NCBI GenBank assembly: GCA_973851085.1
Contig: OZ316775.1
Location: 7,564,001-7,628,000, forward strand
Direction of reading: 5' to 3'
Length of the DNA: 64,000 nucleotides
Origin: Ptychomitrium polyphyllum
Lineage: Eukaryota
Shown here: in pieces, positions 42,292-54,101 of the stretch
How the letters are laid out: every line of letters starts with the position of its first letter
Position numbering within the stretch: position 1 is the stretch's first letter
Translations under genes and position numbers: made by a program
The notes under the pieces: model-generated
Databases searched by the model: none
Told to the model about the DNA's origin: nothing
Seen by the model: the letters and a program-made list of their open reading frames with translations, nothing else

Positions 42292-42918
42292 ATGGCATTG
42301 AATGTTGCGACGAATCTATTCGCAAGGGAAGGAGCACTGAGGTCGCCTGGATCGCCAGCAGTATCTGGGAGTGGAAGCCCGGTGTCAAGTTGTCCTAGCT
42401 CAGCGTCGCAGTTCTACGGGCAAGGTGTTGCGACGGCGTTTCCTCCGCGAGAATCGAAGTGTCGGAGTCCAATCGCTGGGGCGCGGGCGTATGCTGTGAC
42501 TGAGACGAGTGCCAGGGTCACGAAGAGTTTGTACGATCTCTTGGGCGTGAGTAAGACTGCGACTCCTACGGAAATCAAAGCTGCTTATAGAATGGCGGCT
42601 CGGCGGCTGCACCCTGATGTTGTGCCTGAAGAGCAACGGTTGGAAGCCACTAAGGCGTTCTTGGAAGTCCAGGAAACGTACTCGATTCTCTCGAATCATC
42701 AAACGAGAGCGGCTTATGACTTATCCCTTTCCATGCACACTTTTCAGTCTGTGGGTTTCAGCAACAGAGGGCCTGTCTCGTACAGTGGAAAGGAAGAGAT
42801 TGCGTTCTCTACTCCTGCTTGGGGATTCTCTTCTACTTCAATTTCCAGCTCCAATTCGTATTGTTCCGGCAGTTTTGCTTATAAAGGACAGAATTGGGAG
42901 ACCGACCAGTGCTGGTAG
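42292..42918 (+). CDS. Chloroplast small J-domain protein (DnaJ11/DJC-type), intronless CDS
   Basis: Ser/Ala-rich transit-peptide-like N-terminus, J-domain SLYDLLGV...EIKAAYRMAARRLHPD...F.EVQETYSILS...RAAYD, and the family-typical C-terminal NWETDQCW. Confidence 0.93.
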   Translation: MALNVATNLFAREGALRSPGSPAVSGSGSPVSSCPSSASQFYGQGVATAFPPRESKCRSPIAGARAYAVTETSARVTKSLYDLLGVSKTATPTEIKAAYRMAARRLHPDVVPEEQRLEATKAFLEVQETYSILSNHQTRAAYDLSLSMHTFQSVGFSNRGPVSYSGKEEIAFSTPAWGFSSTSISSSNSYCSGSFAYKGQNWETDQCW

Positions 42919-45900
42919 ATTCTATTGTAAACATTATTAGCCTCTTGGCCATTCTTTAGGGTTCGTGGAAGCTCCACATTATTCCCTCCATAGTAGAATT
43001 TGTATCACAATATAGAAGACTCCGCGAAGTTGCGCCTGTGCTGTTGGAAGAGCTATGATGCCGCCTGAAGCACGATTGTAAAATTTGAAAGTAGCGTAGA
43101 TTATGTGAAAGAGATGTAATTGTGCAACTGAAATTTGAGAGCCAAGATTCTGTTTTTGCTGAAATTCTGTTGTGTACAAGTCGTTGCTTACACAAATTTG
43201 AGTGGCATTTTGTACTTGTTTTTATGCAGCTACGTTAATGATAGTTTTCGACTATGCATTCTCTACTTTATGTTCTATTGATCTATGAAATGTAATGATT
43301 GTGTAATTTTGAGCTTTATTGAAGAGGTGAATAGCTTTCTTGAATGTAGAATCGTGTAACTCTTTGCTAGAAGCAGCGTTTTTTTGTTGGCTGTGAGATG
43401 TGCAAGAGGCACGCCAATCCTCGTGTATTAAGTCTGAATTAAGAAGCTGCCATGGAGTTCAGTGACAATTGCGCTGCACGTTAATCCTAATTTAACGTTA
43501 ACGGATGTCTTGTGATGATGGTAGTGAGCGAGTGCCACAAGTCTGCTTCTAGTCTTCAGCCGGCTTATATTTACTATCTTCTGTATGTTACTATTAGAAT
43601 CTTTCTCCGTTGCCGGTAGGTTCAAAACGTTATAAGTTTAAAATTTGTTAGATTAGAACTTGGTAATTTAAAACATTGATTCCAGCTGCAGCAGATCATA
43701 TTTCTGTATGTTAATATTACCTTAGTGTAGTTAGATTCACTTTGTCAATGCTTTGCCCACTTCTGACAGCTGAACTAAGTCAGATATTTGATTCTGTTAT
43801 TCATTGCATGGCGATTTCACTCTGTTCCACACAAGGTATTGAAGTTTCTTGTATTTTTGACAAGACGTGCATAGGATCTTGTGGCACAAGAAGTGCATGT
43901 GTTTTGACACGAATATCTATGGCTCTGTGTGGCTTATGTGTCTTCGAGGGCCAGTGCTTACAGCAAGGAACTGGAGAATGCTTCTGGAGGTGGTAGTTGA
44001 CGGTGGCTTGCTAAGGTAGCTTCTTAAGAAGACTGTCATGATAGATGTGTCTATTTGGAGGTTGTCAGGAGACTTTCAGAATATAAGTTGGACTATCACA
44101 TTGACAAGCTACTAATGATTCAAATAGAAACTTCCACATCTTATAAGTACTGATGCATTGTAGTTGGTTAGTCATTTCAAGGAGTTTTTGACCCTCCTTT
44201 CTCTATCACTTCGGGCAATTGTTAACAGGCTGACATCCTTTCATTAAAATAAATGTATTGTAAACAGCCCTCTGAAATAATGACTGTCAGTTGTACCTTC
44301 TGCAGTTTTAATCTTAACTGCAATTTTTGTAGTGTAATCAGTCTTGAAACAGTTACAGTCCTTACAGAAACATCAGCCACTAGAGAGGACCTGGGTAAGC
44401 TATCGGAAGGAACTGCCAACATTCCAACGTCCATTATTGAAGATCTCTTTCGGAATGTACTCTAGCAAGAAAGCAATCTTCAAGAAAAACACTTTGATTC
44501 CAAACTAAAAAGTAAAGTGAGCATCCATCCACTTCAGCATCAAGGCGAGAATGCATGCCAATTCCAAAGCAATGGAGCTTATCCGGAGTCTAGTCACTAC
44601 ACCAACTAAAGTTTGTCCTTTGGCCATTGCTTTGTCCAAGCTTAATATGCTTTGTATAGGGGATTTTTGTATGAAATTGATATTAATACCACATTCGGAT
44701 ACTAATGATAAGATCCTGTTGACAAGGTATTATGAAATTATATTGTTCAATCAAATGTTGCAGGAAGAAGGTTCAACAATTTTGAACATTATCACCACAT
44801 ATATTCAAAGAAAAACTCCATTATGAATTTTTTTTACAAAATTTATAAAATTATAAAAAATAAAATAAAATTCGCATGTAAGGTTTATAGGATGCAACAA
44901 TGGTTTTTTCTACAATTTGTAGAATATTTATGATTTTCAACAAGATTCTATGCCTTTAAATCTATCAAAAGATTTAAACACCATATGAATTATCTCTTTT
45001 GTTTCTTACTATATTTGATTTAATTTTGAAATATTTATACATCCACATTTAGCAATATTAATGAAGATGGATTTTAATTGATGTATAACAATGTGTCAGT
45101 ATACATTAGAAGTTATACTTGTGAAATAATTTTGAAAATAATTTGTGCTTTAATAATTAAGCAATTATTATAATTTTGAAATTTATTTGCTACAAAACAT
45201 GAATCTTTTATGCTTTTTGATGTTGTAAAATTGTACAATATTTTGTAAACTGCAGTTTTTATAATATTACTTTTACATTCTTTTCTACACGTTCATGGTA
45301 TAAACATTTGAATGCAAATGTTCAAAATTCAAATTTAGTTATAGAAGTCATTCTAATATGGTAAATGTACTTCTAAGGAATTTTTGTAACTTCAGTTGTA
45401 AATCAAATGACATGATAGAATTGGAACTCCTATGTGTTAAATTTGTTAGGATTATTCAAAAGATTACATGCTAATAGATGTTTTTTTTATATTTTTAAAT
45501 AATCAAATTATTTTTAAAAATTGAAAGTTTTATGCTATTATACTTGGTGTTTTGGTATTAAATTTAATCACTACATTCAACATTCAACATACAAATTTTA
45601 AAATTAAATGTAAGCAAATTTTTGAAAATTGATGATAAGAAAGGATTAATTTTCAACGTTTAAAAAACAACAAAACCATTTGATTGGTGAAATTAGGTTA
45701 CAGCATAAGTCAAATTTTGGTGTTATAGGACACAAAATAGTTTTTGAAAATTCCTTAATACGATTTTCACTTCAAAATAGAAATTTTTAATAATTCTCAT
45801 GTAAATTGGCTGTTAAAAATGCCATACCAAAATAGTCTAAATATATTTTATATCATCAACTCTTTGCAATGAAGTAATTTGTTATTTAAATAATTTTTGG

Positions 45901-48689
45901 TTTTTTAATTTTTTTGTAGGTACAAATATAATTGGCTAACTTACCTAATAGAAAAAAAACTCTTGTAGTGGAACCTTTGTAGTTCAATAGGCACTCTTAT
46001 CTTGTGCTTAAAATAACTTTAGTAAGTGCCAAATCTCACCATAATTAAGAATTTACAGTTGAAAAGTATAAGAAAGACAAGGTGAATTTAATCAATTTTC
46101 TAACAATCAATTTGGTGAAATTGAGCTCAAAGTCCATCACAATGAAAATATGATTTAATGTCTATAGCACCAACTTTAGATTCAAGGCTATAACTTTCTA
46201 TTCAAGATAATTTTTTACAAAGAGCAAAAGTAATGCTATTTATGTAGAATATAGTTCATCTAAATCATTCGTAACATCTGAAAATTTTATAGCATCTTAA
46301 AGTTGATTGAAGTGATTGACACTAAATTGCACTATCAGTGTTTCATAAAAGAATGCACACTCCCAATAAGAGAGAAGATTTTACAGCTCACAACAACCGA
46401 ACCATCAATGATGAATAGGCCACCTTTGAAATTAAAGAAAAACTAGAAATAAGCCAAGGCATCATCAACAAACAAATTGATATCGTGCATAATAATATGG
46501 TAGAACCAACTTAAAACCGTCATACCACTTGCAACAGAGAGGTCCGGAGGGGTTTGTTGTGTCGATTCGTCGATTGATATTTATGTGATACTGCGGCGAT
46601 ACTGACATGAGGCCCTCAGAATACTCGCCTGATACTCAGGCGCTCAATGGCATCGCATAAGATAGACAAGAATACTGTACTACGTTTGCAAACCTGCCCA
46701 GCTCTTTGTCGGACTGCGTGACGTGCATGAATTCCTTGCGTAACGAATCTCCATTACAAAGCGCCGATGAGATTAGTTTACTCTCACCGACTGCTACTCT
46801 CACCACATATATGATAAACTAAGAGATGCGGATTCCAAAACCATCATCATTACAAGAAGCATACAGCTAACACAGAGATCTACTCTTTTCATGGATTCTG
46901 CCGGTATTGAGTACAGTGATGGTTTTGGAATTACATCCCATAATTACTGCTTGCATGCGGACTCGGCGACATTTAGTATCACAATTTCTGCAGTTCATGC
47001 GTCATTGTGTGGACCTTGACGATACCTTTGTCCCGCAGTCCACCTTCCTATCTTTCAAATTTAAGCATGCTTTACGAGAATCGAGTCCTGAAATGCTTGC
47101 GTGGGGGTGGAGCGTGAAACATGTTACTGATGTTAACATAGTTCGGTACGATGTTATTCTGTTTGCAGCTTGTACTTTTAAATAGAGAATGGACGTGAAT
47201 CGGTATACCCATGGAGTGGTGAAATTGTACTTGAGGAGCTTCCGGGCTCTAGCCTTGATTGATCATCGAACAAAAGTTTCTACAGTGCACTGCCATTTTT
47301 GAGATTGGGCCTGTTTCTCTGTGCCCCAAGAAATCATGAAAAAACTTAGGACGCTGCATTCGTGAAATAGGCCAATGCCCGTTGTTTTTGACTGCTGAAA
47401 ATAGTGTAAATGTCGCAAGGTATCAGGGATTGGCCACTTTAACGATTATGGCATTTCGTCGTTTCGAATCATTGAAGAGATGACAATGTTTCCAAGCCAG
47501 TCAGGGAGGACAGCATGTCGAGGGTATTGAAGTGGGGGTGATCAAGCTCAAGTTGGCGGTAGTAAAGCGTTCCATCAGGCGCATCTACAGTCCATTTTAA
47601 ACGAGTCCACTTACTGCTTACAGTCTGACAGTATTATTTATTCGGTATGGCAGGTAGATAAGATGATAATATGAGACCTGAGACGGAACTGTTTTTTGAG
47701 GTTAGCTTGCTTGGGATGATTGCTGAGATGCTTTGCTTGCGGGCAACATGGATTTATCAGCTGTGATGTTGCAGGCTTGTTGAAGTAGTGATCTTATGAG
47801 AGCTTATCTTCTAGTCGCACCGGTTTACGCAGTGGTGCTTCGTTTTGGTGGCGGAGTCGGTCGTGTTAGTTCTTTGAAGTGTTGAACCAGTGCTTTGAGT
47901 GTGGCAGTTTTGAATGGTCACGGTGAGAAACACCGAAATGCAGGATATATTAAGGATGGATATGCGAGTTTGGGTGGTGGCACTGTCATTACGTCATCAA
48001 GACTGATTGCTTTCAGTAACCCCAATGCAGTTCAGTGGAGTTGATTCGTACACATTCTGCATTACTATTTGGCGTTTTGGTACTATTTGTTGGAAAATAT
48101 TGCTAGAAAGGCTGGCATACATTCAGAAAACCAGGACAAGACAGGCCAAGTAGCTCGTAGCTCTTAAACTCACGTGTAAAATGATAGGAAGATTAAATTG
48201 GTTCTTAGTGGAAGTTTGATCATTTAATTGATTCACGCTTGCGTACATGGATAAAAATGTACGATATCTGAGAATTTTTTCTTGAAAGACAGTTTTCCAT
48301 ATTCGTCAGTTCAGAGGCCATGTCTGCAAACCTAGAGGCAAAATTGTCGTCGCATCCTGTGCGATTGGCTTCTGCAGGCGGAATATATGCATTGTATCAG
48401 AAGTTTTATATGTTCACATATCTTTACAGGGCTTCACCATTTAGATATTTCTCGATTCAAAATCTTTAGAATGTATTAGTACAACTTATGATCAACTCCT
48501 GTGCATGCTTCTGAAACTGAAAAAAGTACTACTGCAATTTCTTCTCAGTGTGACTCATTGTGGAATCTCAGTTTGATGATAAGTGAGGACCTGGCAGGTA
48601 TGACTAAATCTGGCAGGAGTTGAGCATTTCTCCCCATAGGAAAGTAACAGCTACCAATCAAATTAAGGCTGCAATGAAACCTGCTGAAG

Positions 48690-49357
48690 GAGGTCATTGC
48701 CTGTCGACAACATCATTTTTACAGATGGAAATCTCGAAGCAGATTCCCGAATTGGTTTACCTCCGACCTCGACGGCCTTCATTACCCGTATGGTCGTCCT
48801 CGGCATCATTGATGCAGACTCATTCACCTCACTCCAAGTTCAAAGACTTAGCAGAGATGCAAATTGTGCTTGGGCGCCTTTTCTTCGAGGGTGACATCGA
48901 AATCCACCCAAAAGTCTCGGTCGCAGAGGCAAGATTAGCTCTGGCAAACGGATTGGAACTTGGCTCCGGCGACGGCATTATCTATCTCGGCATTTGCTGT
49001 CCCGGCAAAGTTATCGAACGTCCTCAAAACCTAGCCCCTGGCATCACTACCAGAAGAACTCATGGCACTTGCACTCACGCTTATGGTGTCACGAAGTGGA
49101 GAGCTGAAGGAATGCTTTCGCATATCGACAAGGTGAGGCGTCCTATATCACCTGAAAATAAATATCCGAGAAAGGAATATATGTTTTATGACTTCGTTAC
49201 CCGGGCGTGTGGTGAAACTGTCACAAAAGCTTGGATTCTGGGAATAAACCTGGAATCTCCGGTTTCAGACATGAATCACTGGGGTCTCTTCTACCAAGAC
49301 AGGCTCAAATATCCTTCCTCTATTAATCCAAAGATAGAAGCTAGTGGTCCGCATTAA
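48690..49357 (+). pseudogene. GT25-like glycosyltransferase, frameshifted
   Basis: Removing one C at 48877-48878 joins the 48697 frame (...RDANCAWA) to the 48620 frame (LFFEGDI), giving WALFFEGDI, then GIIYLGIC and TCTHAYGVTKWRA. Order and spacing match the GT25 hhFEDD / hYLG / THAYxhT..A motifs. Confidence 0.6.
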
Positions 49358-51451
49358 TCTTGTAAGGGAGTTTCAGACGTTAGAGTCAGTTGTAATACCC
49401 TGCACATTCACATTCTTTTGTACGTGCTTCCAATATATGCCTCTTGACAACAATCGGTCTAAGTTAGAGGGAGTACCTTTTTGCAGTCCCTGGCGGTTTT
49501 TGATGCTAGGAAATGGTAGAATTCATCTCATGCAATTCTTATGTTAGAGAAGAAACCTTAAATACTATAATAGAACCTTAGTGTGCTTTTTGCAAGCCAT
49601 GCATTATGATTATGGCATTTGCCTAGAGCAAAGACTTAAATCTATCAATTCAAATAATTCCAATCCATCTACACCATCGTTTAATGTGCGTTATTTATTG
49701 GAGTTGTTTAGCTTGGTGGAAAGAGTTCCTTCTAGCTTGGAAATTTCCTATCGTCTGGATGTTGTAATGAGGAACTCTCTTTGCACAAGGTTTCTACAGT
49801 ATCCAAGATTCCACTAGCCAAGATTACTGCAGAGAACCCATTGCTGATAAAATGGAAGTGCCAATTTGCCGATCAACATACAAGTGCATGTAGGGCTTCC
49901 ATTGTTGGAGCACTAGACATTCAATAATTGCCTCACGCTCTGTTTCATGTCGGTGTCGTCAATCATATTTTTCTCAGTTCAGATCAAGTCTTCTCCCTCA
50001 GCTGAGATTACATGGCCGCTCATTTCTTTCTTCATCTTTGTGGCAGTAATCTCCTATCGTAGATCAGAAGCTAGAAGGCAAGAAAGTTCCATTCTTGTTT
50101 GTGAAACTATATACAAGAACTTCAATGGATTCTGTCTGTCAAAGAATTGAAGAATCTCATTACGCGTAAAGGACAGAGCAGCACTGAAACCTTTAAAGTC
50201 GACAATGGATGAATAGAACTCCAGTGTTTCAACTGCAAAATAAGGCAATGTGTCTGCATCAACCACGGTAAATGCAGAAGCACTTTGCTTTGTTTATTCT
50301 CTTCCTAACTTTCATTTCCTTTAACGTTTGGCCAGACAAGCAATTTTATTTTAATGTAGTCTGGCACCGATGGTTTAGACCTCTATAGTTCAGATTTCCA
50401 CAAATGCATTACTAACTAAATTAATGCAGTAATCCCACAAAATGATAGAAAAACGGTTGAGTGGCTTCTCTAGTATTTTACACCTCTAGAAAAAAGTCGT
50501 TTGAAATTAAATTATGTTTGATGTTCAAAGGTTTCTTTTTTAAAAAAAAAGTGTTTGGAGTAACTTGGGGTTTTTGATGCATGCAAGTACTATTATTAGA
50601 ACGCTGATATATAATTAAATATTTATTTGTATTTTAATTTTTTTTATTAAATAAAGTTATTTTTTTACCATCAGTATACGCTTGAGGACTCTCACATCAA
50701 TTTACTTTTCAATGCCATAAAAACATAAACTTCTGACAGAAACTTAGTGAATTGCTACGTCTGACTCAACGTCAATTGAATCTACAAATTGCTTGCCAAG
50801 GAAGGCATCTTTGTTGTGGCCAATAATTATGTCCTCTGGGTCTCATATCTTAGTTGAACATCAGCACTGTCAGCTCAATCTTCATCTGGAGCGTCGTAAG
50901 AATCTCCAAGAAGAAGCTGAGACACAGTCAAAATTCCAATCCACCAGCATCTTTCAAACTTTCTTCTAGATCAACTATGCTTATTAATTCTACCATGAAT
51001 TAAGTCGACAAGAACAAACTTAAAAGCTACATAAACTATTTGCAGACTTTCAACATTTTTGCAAATCCAAACACCTAAACCAATAGCACATTTTAGGATT
51101 GTCTTATGTCTTTCATTGTTCAGAAGAGAAGAGATTTTTGCCAAATTTAGAGAATTTTAATAGTATGATTAGTCAAAAATTTCAAGTTCTTCCTTAAGGT
51201 TTTACATATTGTTTGGTTTTGTACACGAAAAGCAATTTGAAGATGAATGAAAAAATGAGTTAAGTGTATACATGATAGCAATTATTATAAAAAATCTTCT
51301 TTTATTGACCATTTTTGAAATACTCTTGGAATGATAATCCAAGAGCTTGTCCACAAGAGAATCCCTCATCCAACAATTATTAGTTTAATATCTTCTAATC
51401 TACCACCCTTTCTCTAAATATCCATATTTTGGACTAAACTTTTTTTCTTAT

Positions 51452-51503
51452 CCCATCTCCTCACGATAGTCCCATCTCCCCACGATAGTCCCATCTCCCA
51501 CGA
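51452..51503. repeat. 19-bp tandem repeat (cccatctcYcacgatagt-like) x~2.7
   Basis: Directly visible consecutive copies. Confidence 0.85.
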
Positions 51504-52040
51504 AAGAAGGTGTAAGGCGGCCCTCAGAGACTTACGATTATGTAAGTATTAGAGTACGACGTTTAGGACAGACTCCTACAGATTCAACTTTCCATGATAT
51601 TCGGATACCTCGTTTCCACTACTCCGCTTATGTCGGCTTGATGGTCTTTCCATTCTACCTCCCAGCTCCATCCAATGTCGAGAGATTCTAGCCCGACTTC
51701 GCGGTGTCACTTCGGCACACATCTGGCCTTCACGACTTTAAATATTCATTCATATGTCTGTTCGGTAGAATCCAATCATGAGGCTTGCTTGGCGTGTCAC
51801 GCAATTCCTGTTTTGCAGGAAATTCGCAAATGTAAGTTAGATCGGCAGCTTACTGAAAGCTGGGCGAGTCATCTTGGTCCCCCTGTCACGTGGATCTCAG
51901 AGATCGAAAAGGAGTAGAGAGTTTTGAGTGGTCCCTGGCATGGAAAGTCTGTACACTGATCTGTACTGGCCCCTATCCACAAGAATAATCAAATATACGA
52001 TATATGTGGAATAGCTTCATACACAAACTTTTATCTGCCA

Positions 52041-54101
52041 ATGATTCTCGAGTGCCGAGTTGCGAAGACGTTGAAATGGTGGACAAACCTATATGTTGGA
52101 GACAGCTACCGACACTTGCGTCAGAAATCAAAGAGCGCGTATCTCGTCTTGCAGGATCATGACGTAAGGCAGTGAAATGAATTCCTCACCTTCTACTGGC
52201 ATTCATAGTGTTTACACTTCTTGTTGTACAGACAGTTCTTCTTGAGTATTTGGATGTAGAGCGTAACTTTGCGACCTGCTTCTCCGCTCATACTTGTATT
52301 CATGCATACTTATCCGAGGCTTTGACAGCGACTCTTTCTGAATATTCTGTCCTTGATTACTTCTTCTCCTTTCTCACGGGCTATGGCATTCATTGGGATA
52401 CCACACCAATTAGCCTGCAGCTAAAGCTTACCAACTATGCAGAAAGCTTAGAGGATGAGACTTGTTATCACGTGTGGCGTATCAGTTTCGTCGTCACAAT
52501 ATTGGATGACGTCGAAGGGAGTGCCGTCGATGTCGACAGTAGCTTTGTAGAATTGAGCAAGGAGGATCAGCAGGTGTTGAACTGGCAGCCTAGCCCGGAA
52601 AACCTGCAAAACGATGTCGAGTTGCGCGACACTCTCACGCAGCAGTCTGGGAGGCTTTGCCCCGACAAGAATATTTTTACTTCGGTCTTTGACAAAGTGA
52701 AGTCCGATGAAGACACTCTGCAACGAAAGATAAGAGATCGTCCACTTTCCGCATACGAGCACGTTTCCTTCCGAAGCGCTATGTTAACCAGGCATTCTGC
52801 TGGCGATGGACAAGCCGACGGACAACCGGAGTTGCTTGCTCTGCACGATGGCCTTGGAGGAGAGCAAAGCTTCTTGCGTTGGCGCTCGCACGATTACATA
52901 AAAGTTACCCTCTGTAAGCCAAGAGATTTCTTTAGAGTGTTTTGGCTCATTCAATGGGATATTGTAGATTTGAATAAGTTGCGTGTCTTAGGCAGCCCGG
53001 ATGCTACCGTAACAAACCAGGGAAGAAGTCAAAGGTCACCTTTGTTTCATCAATATACGTTTCAGCGCCCAGCTGATCCCTCTGAGAAGTTCCACGGTGT
53101 TCGATTTTCTAAGAAGCGTAAATCTGCACCTTGGATTGCTGAAGTAAGGCCGAAAAGTACAGATAGCCAGAAAGGTGCACATAGGAGGAAGATATGGTTA
53201 GGCAGTTATAAATCGAAGGAGGCAGCTGCTCGTGCTGCAGATGAGGGTAACTATTACTATAACCGTAACGACATGTTGAATTTTCGAGACTCCCCACAAC
53301 ATCTCAAACCAATTCCGCTGACCGTTCACAGTGACGACGGCAAGGAGGGATTTGTGAAAGCAGAAGCGCATCGGCTGGCAAAACTGACAGAGACGCAGCC
53401 ATCCGGGCTACCGTCTACATGGGATCCTGATAATCGGACCTCTTGCAGCACAAATCCCTCCTTGCCATATGGATGAAACCATAGAATTCCAAACATGGGG
53501 TAATGTCGGCAGCGATAGTAATTTTTCTGCAGACAATGTGCAACCGTCCACAATTGGCATCTCGCCTAATTCAGATGGCGTTCCACGGTTGATGGCATCA
53601 GACGGCGATATAGGGATAAACCTTGTTTTCCAGCCCTCTGCTTCATATGGTGGTGGCATCGTGAAAGAAACGGTTGGCATCTCCCCCCAGCGAAATATTT
53701 GGCCGTTGACTACGACTAGTAGCTTTACAGCTCAGACCCATGGTGGAGCAGGAGTGTTCTTTATACCACTTGAGGAACCAGACATGCATCAACATGCCCT
53801 CTCACTTGCGGGGAATTGTAGCACGGAAGAAGCTACAGACACAGTGTTGATCAACGAGTTCAGTTGGGTGGATAATATTGTGCTGGACAACCCAGGTGCC
53901 ATTGCAGGCGACATTGGAGGATTTCATTCAGGCCAGGGAGCAGAATTTGTGCAAGTTGAGCGTGATGGAGATAGGGAGGGAGTTACTGATGATATCTTCA
54001 ATCACTGGTCTATGGGTCAGGAACTCAGGTATGATTCTATACTGTGCAATAAAGAGCTACCTACTGATTGTGATTTGTCTTTCAGAAATTACAAAGTATA
54101 G
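52041..54101 (+). CDS. Atypical AP2/ERF-domain gene with a large unrecognised N-terminal region and an acidic C-terminal region in a different frame (possibly pseudogenised)
   Basis: ORF 52208-53476 contains KFHGVR...PWIAEVRP...RRKIWLGSYKSKEAAARAADEG.YYY...LNF (~53087-53285). An overlapping 210-aa D/E-rich ORF 53469-54101 follows. A likely first exon ends at the GTAAGG donor at 52164. The 5' structure is ambiguous. Confidence 0.8.

Noticed and set aside
44595..45970. Possible CACTA element (CACTACA... to ...TGTAGTG)
   Set aside because: Only 7 bp of inverted match, flanking trinucleotides differ (agt vs gaa) so no TSD, and no subterminal repeats seen.
46900..47420. Possible exon fragments (IENGRESVYPWSGEIVLEELPG)
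   Set aside because: Short, interrupted and unassignable; cannot be linked to neighbouring genes.
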